Below, piece by piece: positions 8,922-18,032 of a stretch of 64,000 bases of DNA. The position numbers were made by a program, and so were the translations under genes. The notes beneath the pieces are model-generated. The model was not told the origin of the DNA. It searched no databases and saw only the letters and a program-made list of their open reading frames with translations. Location: contig JBFLVW010000059.1 of assembly GCA_040758235.1 (NCBI GenBank), positions 81 to 64,080 on the forward strand, in the 5' to 3' direction. Source of the DNA: Candidatus Micrarchaeota archaeon (GTDB lineage Archaea > Micrarchaeota > Micrarchaeia > Anstonellales > Bilamarchaeaceae). Position 1 is the first letter of the stretch. Every line of letters starts with the position of its first letter.

Positions 8922-9686
8922 CTACCTGCTGCGCGCGCCTTCCCTTACAGCCTTGACCATTTCCTTTATCTTCGCGACCGAGCCCTCCTTCTCGAAAGCC
9001 GTCCCGACCTGCACTATGTCCGCGCCGGCCTTTATCACGCTCTTGGCCTGCTCGGCGCTCCGGATACCCCCGGCCGCGATGTACGGAATCGTTATGCTTT
9101 TCTTGACCGCGCTTACCATCTCGAGGGGTATGTGGCCCTGCTCTGGGTTGCTCCCGGCGTCCGTTATGAAGAACCGGAAGCCCATGTACTCCGCGGCCAT
9201 GCCGAATGCCGCGGCGATTTTGGGCTTGTTCCGGGGGATTCGCTTCGCGTCCCCCACCCAGCCGACCGTCCCTCCCGGCTCCACGACGACGTAGGCGACA
9301 GGAAGAGGCTCGATTCCGAAGTGCCTCACGACCGGCGCGGCGAGCATCTGGGCCTCGCTTATCCAGTAGGTGTTGCGGGAATTGAGCATGGACATGAAAT
9401 ATACGGCATCGGCATATTTGGTGAGGGTGCCTATGTTGCCCGGAAAAAGGACGACCGGCACCGAAACGTCCTGCTTTATGGCCTTCGCGACCGCGTCCAG
9501 CGTCTCGCCCTGGACGCCGGTGCTTCCCCCGATTAGTATCACGTCCGCGCCGCCCTCGCTCGCGTTCCCGGCCGTCTTTATGGCGTCCTCCGGCGACTTG
9601 TAGTCGAGGGGGTCTATCAGCGCGAAGAGGAGGCCTTTTTTCGCAGCGAGCCCCTCGTGGACGTACCTTTCGATTTTTCCTATCAT
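8922..9686 (-). CDS. Geranylgeranylglyceryl phosphate synthase
   Basis: LIDP, ILIGGSTG, LFPGN, SMLNSRNTYWI and GGIRS motifs of the group II GGGPS/PcrB family. Confidence 0.93.
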   Translation of the reverse strand: MIGKIERYVHEGLAAKKGLLFALIDPLDYKSPEDAIKTAGNASEGGADVILIGGSTGVQGETLDAVAKAIKQDVSVPVVLFPGNIGTLTKYADAVYFMSMLNSRNTYWISEAQMLAAPVVRHFGIEPLPVAYVVVEPGGTVGWVGDAKRIPRNKPKIAAAFGMAAEYMGFRFFITDAGSNPEQGHIPLEMVSAVKKSITIPYIAAGGIRSAEQAKSVIKAGADIVQVGTAFEKEGSVAKIKEMVKAVREGARSR

Positions 9687-10762
9687 CAGAATCCCTCCGC
9701 GATGACGCTCCGTATCATGTGGGAGACGAGCGCCGGCCCCATCATCCGCGTGGGGCGGTCCATGTGGCCGTGGCTCGAGAGATAGCCATCGATATTGAGC
9801 TTCTTAAGCCTTCTGCCGAGCTCCGAGAGCTGGCGGTCCGTCCGCGAGGCGAGGTGGCGGTGGACTAGCGAGTGGATGAAGAGGTCCGGGCCGAACCTGG
9901 AGCGCCAGCTCCTCTCATAGCCGGCCGGGTCTGTGGCATGCCTGCCGGCAAGGGCCGCGCAGTTGCCCCCGAATATGACCCCTCCCCCCGTCGTGGACTT
10001 TACCTGCCCGGCCGCATCCCCCGCAAGAAGCACGCTCCTCCCCCCGAATTTCTTCGCCGACACGGGGCGCGTGGAGAGGGGTATCGCGGCGCCTCTCGGT
10101 TTTGGCGCATTTGCAACGCCCTTGAGCTTAAGCAGGCTCTCCCAGGCCTTCCGCGAGCTTGCCGAGGCCTCGACGCCGACTCCGAATTCCGCCGTGTATT
10201 CGTCGTGCGGGATTATCCACGCGAAGAAGCCCGGGAACATGGTATTCGACAGGAAAACCTCTACTACCGATGGGTCCTCGCTTTTGTAGCGGACTTCGGC
10301 CTGGAGAGTGGATGCGAACCGCCTTATCTTCGGGAATGAGAAATGCCTCGCGACGAAGGAGAAGGGGCCGTCGGCCCCGATTACGTGCTCCGAGCGGAAA
10401 GAGCCGGTTATCCGCTCCCCATACCGGAGGATTGCGCCCTCGCCCCCGGCAAGGGAGGAAAGGGCCATGTCCATACCGGCCCGGTCGCACACGAAACCCA
10501 CGGGCGTATCCCGCCTCACCGAGAGTACGGCGCCTGCAAGGCTTATGTCCGCGCCGTAAATAGGCCATTCCGCGTGCTTCCTGTAATCGAGAAACGGCAG
10601 GAGCGATTCCAGGCCGTCCCTCGAGAAGAGGCCGGAGCAGTTTTCCGGGGTCCCGGACACCGGGTGCTCCTCGGAAACGATGACGTCATGGCCGCATCTT
10701 GCCGCGCTTATCGCGGCGATGGAGCCTGCCGGGCCCGCCCCGACGACATGTATCCTGGCCAT
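9686..10762 (-). CDS. Geranylgeranyl reductase family flavoprotein (DGGGPL reductase)
   Basis: VVGAGPAGS FAD motif, PGFFAWIIP, GDAAGQVKSTTGGG. Adjacent to GGGPS. Confidence 0.9.
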   Translation of the reverse strand: MARIHVVGAGPAGSIAAISAARCGHDVIVSEEHPVSGTPENCSGLFSRDGLESLLPFLDYRKHAEWPIYGADISLAGAVLSVRRDTPVGFVCDRAGMDMALSSLAGGEGAILRYGERITGSFRSEHVIGADGPFSFVARHFSFPKIRRFASTLQAEVRYKSEDPSVVEVFLSNTMFPGFFAWIIPHDEYTAEFGVGVEASASSRKAWESLLKLKGVANAPKPRGAAIPLSTRPVSAKKFGGRSVLLAGDAAGQVKSTTGGGVIFGGNCAALAGRHATDPAGYERSWRSRFGPDLFIHSLVHRHLASRTDRQLSELGRRLKKLNIDGYLSSHGHMDRPTRMMGPALVSHMIRSVIAEGF

Positions 10763-10787
10763 ACGCTCAAGTTGGGTGGAAGTGTTT

Positions 10788-11993
10788 TTATTTGAGGAGC
10801 AGCCCCGCCGAGATGAGGACGAGGAGCGAGAGCGCCGCCGCGACGAGGCACGTCTGCGAGGGGTCCGGAGCCTCGGAGATGCCAAGCGGCCCCACCTCCA
10901 GGACGCTCTCGGCGCGCGCGTCATTGAAGGATGCGCTGAGGGGGACCCGGTAGGAAAACCCGTCCCGGAACAGGGAGTAGTTGAGCCCGTGGTACATCCG
11001 GAGGGTCTCGTATGGCTTGAGCAGGACCACCTGCGTCCCCTCCTTTCCGTAGCCGTCCGGCGCGATGAAGGAATACGTCCCGAAAACGTACTCCGGGCGG
11101 CTGTTTTCCATCACGACTTCGACGAGGTAGGTGCTGTTGTCGAGCGTGAGGCCCATGTCCACGCCTTTCCCATCCTCGGACTGGAAGGCCACTGAGACCG
11201 AGTCGTCGACCGCAAGAGCGGCATCCGGGTCTGTCGAGAGCAGGCTGTCGAAAGTCGAGGACTGGTCCGCGCCCTTCTGGACCGCGAGGTGGGTGTTGTC
11301 CAGTATGCCAGCCTGGCCGAATGTCGGGTCCGCCGGTATCCAGCCGTATCCGGGGAGGCGAATCTCGGCCCACGCATGGGGCTGCCACGCGTTAGCGTAG
11401 ACGTAGCCGCTCACATAGCGCGTCTCGAACCCCAGCGAGCGGGCCATCGAGATGAGGAGGTGCGAGTATTCCACGCAGACGCCCCGCTTCTGCGCGTAGG
11501 CCTCCTTCGCCGAATCGACCGAGCCCCAGTAGCTGAGGTCGTACTTGATGTATCCGTGCACCCAGTTGACGAGGTTCCTTATCGTCCTGAGCGAGGAGGA
11601 TTCGTCCATGAGCAGGAACGCCTGCGTCTCCATCTCCTCGTCCGCCTCCGTCAGGGGCGTCGATTCCAGATGCGTTCCGGAAGGCACGCTGTCTGTGGTG
11701 AGCCTCGTGTCGTAATCCACGTCCACTATCGCCCGGGCGACAATGGTCTGGTCGCCCTTCCCGCTGTATTTTGCCCAGACGGTCCCGTTTTCATCGGTAT
11801 GGAAGTCCATCTCCGGAGCGGAGTCGATGGAGAGTATCCTCTGGTTGCTGTCGTTGACGGCGACTGCGCCCGTGAAGTTGAACGGCGTGTCGCTTTCGAC
11901 CGTCCATGCGCGCTCGATGGTCATCCGCGCGTGGCCGAAGCTGTTCGCGAAGGACAGGCCGAGGAAAATCAAAAGTATTGCAAAACCCCTCAT
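10788..11993 (-). CDS. Secreted, membrane-anchored transglutaminase-like domain protein
   Basis: Signal peptide, Cys-His-Asp triad (GVCVEYS, HAWAE, DPT) and C-terminal TM helix. Confidence 0.88.
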   Translation of the reverse strand: MRGFAILLIFLGLSFANSFGHARMTIERAWTVESDTPFNFTGAVAVNDSNQRILSIDSAPEMDFHTDENGTVWAKYSGKGDQTIVARAIVDVDYDTRLTTDSVPSGTHLESTPLTEADEEMETQAFLLMDESSSLRTIRNLVNWVHGYIKYDLSYWGSVDSAKEAYAQKRGVCVEYSHLLISMARSLGFETRYVSGYVYANAWQPHAWAEIRLPGYGWIPADPTFGQAGILDNTHLAVQKGADQSSTFDSLLSTDPDAALAVDDSVSVAFQSEDGKGVDMGLTLDNSTYLVEVVMENSRPEYVFGTYSFIAPDGYGKEGTQVVLLKPYETLRMYHGLNYSLFRDGFSYRVPLSASFNDARAESVLEVGPLGISEAPDPSQTCLVAAALSLLVLISAGLLLK

Positions 11994-13294
11994 GCCCCGC
12001 CGCCCCTGAGGCGCCTCATACGCTCCACCCTCTTACCGACAAGGCCGCCCGTCCCGATGTCCTTCCGGTGCCACACCGGGCCGCTTATGAAGCCGCATGC
12101 CTTTTCCGCTATCGCCTCCGCCTCATCGAGCGACTTTCCGCGCCCAAGAACCCCTAAGGAGCGCGAGCCGGTCGTGAGTATTTTTCCCTCCTTCTCGTAT
12201 ACGGAGGCGAAATACACCTTCGCGCCGGCTTGTTCGATTGAGACCGAGTCCAGGCCGATTGCAGCGTCCTTCTTGGGGTTGTCGGGGTAACCTTCGGGAA
12301 CGAGGTATTTGACTACTGTGCAGTCCTCCGAGAACGAGGGGGCCGCAAGCTTCCCCTCGGCCATCGAGAGGAACGCGTCGGTGAGCGAGCCTTCCATCAG
12401 GGCGATGACGTTCATCGCCTCCGGGTCGCCGAAGCGGGCGTTGAACTCCACGACGCGGACGCCGTGGGGCGTGGACATGAACTGGCCGTAAAGGACCCCG
12501 ATGAAGGGGAATCCCTCCTTCCTCATCGCATGGACCACGCCCTGCATTATCCCCCGCGCCTCATCCAGGTCCGATTCCTCCATGAAAGGAAGCATTTTTC
12601 CGGTCGAATACGAGCCCATCCCCCCGGTGTTCGGGCCGCGGTCGCCCTCGTAGGCCCTCTTGTGGTCCTGGACGGGCGGCATCGGCGCCGCGCGGACGCC
12701 GTCGCAGAACGCCTGGAATGTGAATTCCTCGCCGATAATCTTCTCCTCGATGAGCGCGCTCCCGTCCTTTTTCAGCAGCTCCATAACGTAAGCCATGCCA
12801 TCCTCCTCGTGGCCGAAGTGGTCGCCGCTGACTTTCACGCCTTTGCCCCCGGTCAGGCCGAGCGGCTTGATGGCGACATCGCCAAGCTCCCTCATCGCCC
12901 TCCTCGCGTCCGCGGCGCTCTTCACGACCTCGTGGCGGGGGGAGCCTTTTATGCGGTGGCGCTCGAGGAGGCCCCTCATGAACGACTTGTCCCACTCGAT
13001 TCGGGCGGCGGACTTCGTGGGGGAGGCGACGAGCATCCCGGCGGATGCCAGGGCGTCGCTCACGCCTGCCGCAAGCGTCGCGTCGGGGCTCGCGAACCCC
13101 AGGTCGAATTTCCTCCCTGAGACCGCCGCCAAAACCGCCTGCGCATCCTCGATGTCGGTTATCCAGTATTCCTTCGAGAGGTGCGCTATCGCCGGGTTCT
13201 TCCGGGACATCACTGAAAAAAGCTCGCAGTCGGCCGAGAGCTTCTCCGCTATGGCATGCTCCCTCGCCCCGTTGCCTACAAGCAGGACCTTCAT
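11990..13294 (-). CDS. purD: Phosphoribosylamine--glycine ligase
   Basis: MKVLLVGNGAREHA, GGKGV, QDHKRAYEGDRGPNTGGMGSY, EFNARFGDPE. Confidence 0.97.
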   Translation of the reverse strand: MKVLLVGNGAREHAIAEKLSADCELFSVMSRKNPAIAHLSKEYWITDIEDAQAVLAAVSGRKFDLGFASPDATLAAGVSDALASAGMLVASPTKSAARIEWDKSFMRGLLERHRIKGSPRHEVVKSAADARRAMRELGDVAIKPLGLTGGKGVKVSGDHFGHEEDGMAYVMELLKKDGSALIEEKIIGEEFTFQAFCDGVRAAPMPPVQDHKRAYEGDRGPNTGGMGSYSTGKMLPFMEESDLDEARGIMQGVVHAMRKEGFPFIGVLYGQFMSTPHGVRVVEFNARFGDPEAMNVIALMEGSLTDAFLSMAEGKLAAPSFSEDCTVVKYLVPEGYPDNPKKDAAIGLDSVSIEQAGAKVYFASVYEKEGKILTTGSRSLGVLGRGKSLDEAEAIAEKACGFISGPVWHRKDIGTGGLVGKRVERMRRLRGGGA

Positions 13295-13296
13295 GT

Positions 13297-13509
13297 TCAC
13301 TTCCTCGCGTTTCCGAAAAGCTCGCGGAACGTGTCGCCGAATGATTTCTTCAGGGGCTGCTTTATCAGGAAGGAGCGGATTGTCGGGTACTGGCGTATTA
13401 TCTCGAAGGTGAAAAGGTACTGGCTGGCCTCCGGCATCCCTGAATCGTTTCCGGCATCCCACCTTCCGCCTCCGGACGAGGGCCGCTCTTTGCGGGTGCG
13501 ACGCTTCAT
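13297..13509 (-). CDS. Small hypothetical protein containing a heptamer-repeat-derived segment
   Basis: ATGA overlap with the upstream gene stop, and ends 2 nt before the purD start. Confidence 0.5.
   Translation of the reverse strand: MKRRTRKERPSSGGGRWDAGNDSGMPEASQYLFTFEIIRQYPTIRSFLIKQPLKKSFGDTFRELFGNARK
13426..13473 (-). repeat. Degenerate 7-nt repeat cluster
   Basis: Minus strand: ggaggcg gaaggtg ggatgcc ggaaacg attcag ggatgcc ggaggcc. Confidence 0.6.
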
Positions 13510-14219
13510 TCGAACCTCCTCCGTATGTACCCTTCCCTGATGAGCATGTTGAGGCCCTCCTCTGCCCTCGTCACCGCGACGGAGTTCGCCTTGGAGAACT
13601 CGCGCACGTCTATCGTGCCCCCGTGAATCTTAATCCAGTTGTAGAGCGACTCCTTGAGGAGGTCGTCGCCCATCCCCGAGAGCTGGTTGAATTTTTTCTG
13701 CAGCTCGTCGCGCTTGCGCTCGCACTCGAGCAGTATCCTGGTGTTCGCCTCGCCCGAGCGGACGAGGTCCTCGTATTTGGCCTGCAGGTCGTTGTAGCGG
13801 TTCTGCGTCTCGGTCAGCTGGGTGGAGAATTCGAGCGCATCCCTGTCTATTATTTTGGACGTCTCGGAAAGCAGGGCGTTTATCGGGGTGAATATGCTGG
13901 TCGGCCGGACGTCGTAGTAGTCCTCGGAGACCTGCAGGATGTTCAGGAACGTCGGTATGAGGTCGAGGAGCCTCGCTATCTTGCTCCGCTTGGCCGAAAA
14001 GCTGTATACGAAGTCTATCGACTCGGGCTTGAACTCGATTCGGTACTCGAGGTAGGGCTTGCCCTGCAGGTCCGCCCCTTTTATCTTCTCGACGGAAAGG
14101 ACGTTCTTCGCGTACGATATCCTCGTGAAGCCGAGGCCTGACAGCAGCCCTGCCAGGCTTTTGAGCGGCTTCGCCTGCTTCGCCGCGACGGAAATCTTCT
14201 CCTCAGCCATTTCCATCAT
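13506..14219 (-). CDS. Coiled-coil protein with C-terminal winged-helix-like domain
   Basis: Heptad-like region LTETQNRYNDLQAKYEDL...; C-terminal LYNWIKIHGGTIDVREFSK...LNMLIREGYI. Overlaps the ATPase stop. Confidence 0.75.
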   Translation of the reverse strand: MMEMAEEKISVAAKQAKPLKSLAGLLSGLGFTRISYAKNVLSVEKIKGADLQGKPYLEYRIEFKPESIDFVYSFSAKRSKIARLLDLIPTFLNILQVSEDYYDVRPTSIFTPINALLSETSKIIDRDALEFSTQLTETQNRYNDLQAKYEDLVRSGEANTRILLECERKRDELQKKFNQLSGMGDDLLKESLYNWIKIHGGTIDVREFSKANSVAVTRAEEGLNMLIREGYIRRRFE

Positions 14220-15786
14220 CCTCCAGGACGACGTTCACCACGCCCTTCGTAGCCTTCCTCATTCGCACGAGGGAGAACACGCGTATCAGGTTCTTCTCGT
14301 CGATGCCCAGCTGGCGCAGGAAGGAGATTATGGAGGGCTTGGAATACCCGAACTTCTCCAGGATGGCGACGAGTTGCTCGCCGTCGAGCACCCCGTCCCC
14401 CCGCTCGAACTCGCCCTTTATCATGTTCAATTGGCTCTCGTTGAGCCCTATCTCGTAGAGCATCCGGACGAACTGCTCGCGCTCTATCTCGACCATCATC
14501 TCCCCACCTCGGATCTTGTAGATAAGGAGAGGCTCCTCCCCGTCAATCCTGTCCATCAGGAATGTCATGACCTTGGTCTGCCTCTCCGCGAATATCATGT
14601 TCACCGCGGCGTCCCCCACGCCGAACTTGGAAATCTCGCCGTCTATGAAGTCTGAGTATCCTATCGAGTTCCTGACGTAGTCCCTGTATTCCTTCAGGAT
14701 GAGCCTGAGGACGAATACCGAGCCGATGTTGCTGAAAATCGTCTTGTGCATGTCGGTCGGGTTCTGCGTCGCTATCACAAGCGAGAAGTTGTATTTTCTG
14801 CCCTCCCGGACGATGGTGATGACGTCGGAGCGCTCGTCCTGCGCTATCTTCCACGCCTCGTCGAGGACCACGAAAAGCCGGACGTGCTTGTTGTCCTTCT
14901 GCATCCCCTCGGAACGCATCAGCTCCTTGATGTACTGGAGTATCGTTAGGCCTGCAAGCGACCGGATTTCCTCGCTCGGGAGGTCATGCAGGTCGATGCA
15001 CACGAGGCCGCTGGTCGTCAGCTTCTTTATGTCCATCGTCGAGTTGCCTGCGAAGAAGTCGCTGCCCTCGGCCGTGAACCTCTTGAGCAGGCGGGCGGCC
15101 TTCCTCTTCCCGTGCTTCTCCAGGATGCGGACGACGGTCGCGAGCGTCGGCTTCTCGCATTTCCCGTCCTCGCATAATTCGTCGAGCACTTCCTTCATCT
15201 CGTCCGGGCCGAGCTTCCCCTCGGTCCTCAGCTTTTCCCTCTCCTTCTTCATCATCTTCAGGGAATCGCGGATGCTCGGCTTCTGGCTCCCTCCCTTGTA
15301 GTAGACGTATTCGAGGGCCTCTTCTATCTCGTCGCGCTCGTTGGGATAGCTCTTGAGGTCGAGGAGGGTGTCGAGAGCGGAGAGTATCTGCTTTATCCTG
15401 CTCCGCTTCGGCAGGCCCACGAGGTCGAGGATGTTGAGCTTCTCTTTCGCGAGGTTGATTATGCGCCCCCCTGCCTGCCTCACCCACTCGTTGTATTCCC
15501 CGACCCAGTCGAGGATTATGGCGTTCGTGTCCCATATCAGTGAGGCGCGGGTGAGGAACGTCTTGACGGTGTAGGATTTCCCGGACCCGGTAATGCCTAT
15601 AATCGCGATGTGCGGGTTAATCAGCTTGCTCGGGTCCCAGAAGACTGGGGTGCGCAGGTACCTGGTCTTTCCAATGTACACCCCCTGCGTGGGGGGCGAG
15701 AGGAGAAGCTCCTTGCGGGGCTCCGGGGGATGCACGAGAATCATCTTCCGCGCAATCTCCTTCGAGAGCATGTAAGACGGTTTCAT
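14203..15786 (-). CDS. VirB4/HerA (DUF87)-family P-loop ATPase, CedB-like
   Basis: NPHIAIIG, Walker A GITGSGKS, ILDWVGEY, Walker B VVLDEAWK, arginine finger REGRKY, IATQ. Confidence 0.88.
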   Translation of the reverse strand: MKPSYMLSKEIARKMILVHPPEPRKELLLSPPTQGVYIGKTRYLRTPVFWDPSKLINPHIAIIGITGSGKSYTVKTFLTRASLIWDTNAIILDWVGEYNEWVRQAGGRIINLAKEKLNILDLVGLPKRSRIKQILSALDTLLDLKSYPNERDEIEEALEYVYYKGGSQKPSIRDSLKMMKKEREKLRTEGKLGPDEMKEVLDELCEDGKCEKPTLATVVRILEKHGKRKAARLLKRFTAEGSDFFAGNSTMDIKKLTTSGLVCIDLHDLPSEEIRSLAGLTILQYIKELMRSEGMQKDNKHVRLFVVLDEAWKIAQDERSDVITIVREGRKYNFSLVIATQNPTDMHKTIFSNIGSVFVLRLILKEYRDYVRNSIGYSDFIDGEISKFGVGDAAVNMIFAERQTKVMTFLMDRIDGEEPLLIYKIRGGEMMVEIEREQFVRMLYEIGLNESQLNMIKGEFERGDGVLDGEQLVAILEKFGYSKPSIISFLRQLGIDEKNLIRVFSLVRMRKATKGVVNVVLEDDGNG

Positions 15787-15991
15787 CAGAAACTTTCCTC
15801 CGTGCATACTCCGGTTAAAGTTTCATCAAACTTCATCCGTACAGACTCCGTATATACGATTCCAAACTTCATGAGGCGAACCCCGGTTCTGACCAAAATT
15901 TCCTGAGGCGTGCACCAAAAATTTATCGGCGTAAATGTATCTCTATGGGGCTATATAAACTTTTGGTGGGGCGGCTCGCGGAAACGGAAGC

Positions 15992-16774
15992 CTAAAAGAG
16001 CGCGTCCCGGATCTCTTCCTGGGTGGTCGGGAAGAAGAAGTCCCACTCGAAGCACTTCAGCATCTCCAGGTCCGAAAGCTCCCGGACGTCGCACCCCAGC
16101 GAGCTCGACAGGATTGTGCGCAGCTCCTTGGACTGCCTGCTCACCCTGCTCAAAGCCTCGTCCCTTGTCAGCCCGAAGGCAGTCGTGGAGGCGAAGGCGA
16201 TTACTTCGACCGGCCGCTCGCCCTGGGTTATCCTGTCCAGCAGGCGGTTCCAGTAGGCGAGCTCCCTGTCCATCCTCATGTTCTCGTCGAGGGCTATCTT
16301 GGACTCCTTGGCCTTCTTGGCTTCGACCGCCCCGCGCTTGGTCTTTATCTCGTCGATGTGCTTGGAGAGGTCGAGCGTGCTTATCATCAGTGTGACCTTG
16401 ACGATGTATTTGAGCGAGCTGACGGCCTTCTCGAAGGAGTCGAACATTGTGCGCTTCTCGTCCGCGCTCTTGTCCATGCTGCTCTCGTAGAACCTGACCT
16501 CGAGGAACTTGGATGCGAAATAGCCGTTCTCGTTCTTCTTGATGATGTAGTCCCTTGTGGGCGGGACCTCGTAGCCGGCATGAACCTCGACGACGTTCGT
16601 CGCCTTGGTGAAGACCGGGATTATCAGGTAGCCGTATTTCCACAGCAAAAGCGTTAGTGTGAAGAAGACCGCCGCGGCTATCGGGAGGAGCGGGTTCCCG
16701 TAGACGAGCGAGATTATGATGGCGAGGACGCCCCCCAGCAGGGAGACGGCGGTTACTGCCCTGTTCATGAACAT
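15992..16774 (-). CDS. Two-TM membrane protein with a soluble domain resembling VirB4 N-terminal/TcpE-like regions
   Basis: Two N-terminal TM helices, then an alpha/beta domain with a central coiled coil. Lies upstream of the ATPase; family assignment is by resemblance only. Confidence 0.6.
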   Translation of the reverse strand: MFMNRAVTAVSLLGGVLAIIISLVYGNPLLPIAAAVFFTLTLLLWKYGYLIIPVFTKATNVVEVHAGYEVPPTRDYIIKKNENGYFASKFLEVRFYESSMDKSADEKRTMFDSFEKAVSSLKYIVKVTLMISTLDLSKHIDEIKTKRGAVEAKKAKESKIALDENMRMDRELAYWNRLLDRITQGERPVEVIAFASTTAFGLTRDEALSRVSRQSKELRTILSSSLGCDVRELSDLEMLKCFEWDFFFPTTQEEIRDALF

Positions 16775-16872
16775 ATACCATGATTTGGATTACAGGATTT
16801 AAAAAGCCGCTACCAGCCCATCCGACTACTCGCGATGCGACGGGGGTATACGCGCAAGATGTCCGGCAGATG

Positions 16873-17970
16873 CTATACGCTGGCTATCGTCTTGAGCCCT
16901 ATCTCGCTTCCCAGGATGTTCGCAAGCTCCCTGACGAAAACTATGGTTATCACGAGCGAGAATATCGGGGCGATGACGGAATAAAGCAGGGACTTCGAGA
17001 GGGTGTTGCTGTTGCTCTGGGTGATGAGGGTAAGCTCGCCCGTGAAGTCGAACGTCCTGTTCGCGAGGGTGTAGTTATAGATGGTGACGTTCGAGATGTT
17101 GGAGACGTTCTCGAGGTAGTTGTCCGCGAGGAAGTCGTCGCACAGCGTCGTCGTGTTGCTGGCGTTGGTCAGGTTCGTTATGCTGTAGCCCGTCGGGTCG
17201 CACCTGCCGCTCATCAGGTCCAGCTTCGCCGCTATCGCGTTGTTGCTGTTCAGGTCGAGGACCGGGACGCTCGCGTAGAAGCTGTTGTTGGTGAAATTCC
17301 CCATCAGCTCAGTAGATGTGTTTATGTCGTTCTGGGGGTTGGGGAACACGAGTATGAAAGTCGGGTAGAAGATGAACAGGCCGACAGCGAGGGCTATCAG
17401 GAAGCCCCCGACGCGCCGCGTAGCGAAAAAGGTGCGCAGGACGAGGCCGACCGGGAACAGCAGGCCGAGCGCGTTCTGCCCGATGAAGGAGGCAATCTGG
17501 CGGTTGAGCTCCATCAGTATTATTATGGCGTCGAGGCTGAGGAGCTGGAGCGAGAGGAGGGAGGACACCGCGCTGAGGTTGGAGAAAGGCGAGATGCCGA
17601 AGGCGCCGAAATCGAGGGAAAGCGTCTGGTAGTACCCGATGAGGTTGAGCGTCTCGGCGAGGTTCTGGAACATCGAGAAAAGCATCGCGTTCAGGGTGCC
17701 GAGGGTGCATGAGAGCTGGGTTACGACGTTCCCGTCCTTGCAGGACTCGCCGACGACCGTCGAGCTTACCGCTCCGACGAGCTCGATGACCGCGGCGAAA
17801 GAGCCGATTATGGCCGAGTTTATCATGGACTGGATGAGCTCTTCAATTCCGAAGAGCTCGATGCGCTTCCAGCCGAAGGCCCTGCCCACGCCCCAAAGGA
17901 TGCCGGCAAAGAGCACGGAGGCCGTGACCACTATCACGGCTATCTCGATTCCGACGAAGGATTCAGCCAT
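16873..17970 (-). CDS. Polytopic membrane protein, CedA/VirB6-like
   Basis: About 5-6 TM helices, motif FPVGLVLRTFFATRRVGGFLIALAVGLFIFYP, and an extracellular loop with many NxS/T sequons and a Cys pair. Confidence 0.65.
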   Translation of the reverse strand: MAESFVGIEIAVIVVTASVLFAGILWGVGRAFGWKRIELFGIEELIQSMINSAIIGSFAAVIELVGAVSSTVVGESCKDGNVVTQLSCTLGTLNAMLFSMFQNLAETLNLIGYYQTLSLDFGAFGISPFSNLSAVSSLLSLQLLSLDAIIILMELNRQIASFIGQNALGLLFPVGLVLRTFFATRRVGGFLIALAVGLFIFYPTFILVFPNPQNDINTSTELMGNFTNNSFYASVPVLDLNSNNAIAAKLDLMSGRCDPTGYSITNLTNASNTTTLCDDFLADNYLENVSNISNVTIYNYTLANRTFDFTGELTLITQSNSNTLSKSLLYSVIAPIFSLVITIVFVRELANILGSEIGLKTIASV

Positions 17971-18032
17971 CGGGGGAAAGTTCTTGTCCTAAGATTAAAT
18001 AGGTTTCGTGTTTTTGTCCGCCGGACAATGCT

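Noticed and set aside
14203..15786. HerA DNA-repair helicase or HerA-based antiphage system
   Set aside because: No nurA, mre11, rad50, Sir2 or nuclease partner is adjacent, and the neighbours are membrane proteins, which favours a VirB4/CedB-like role.
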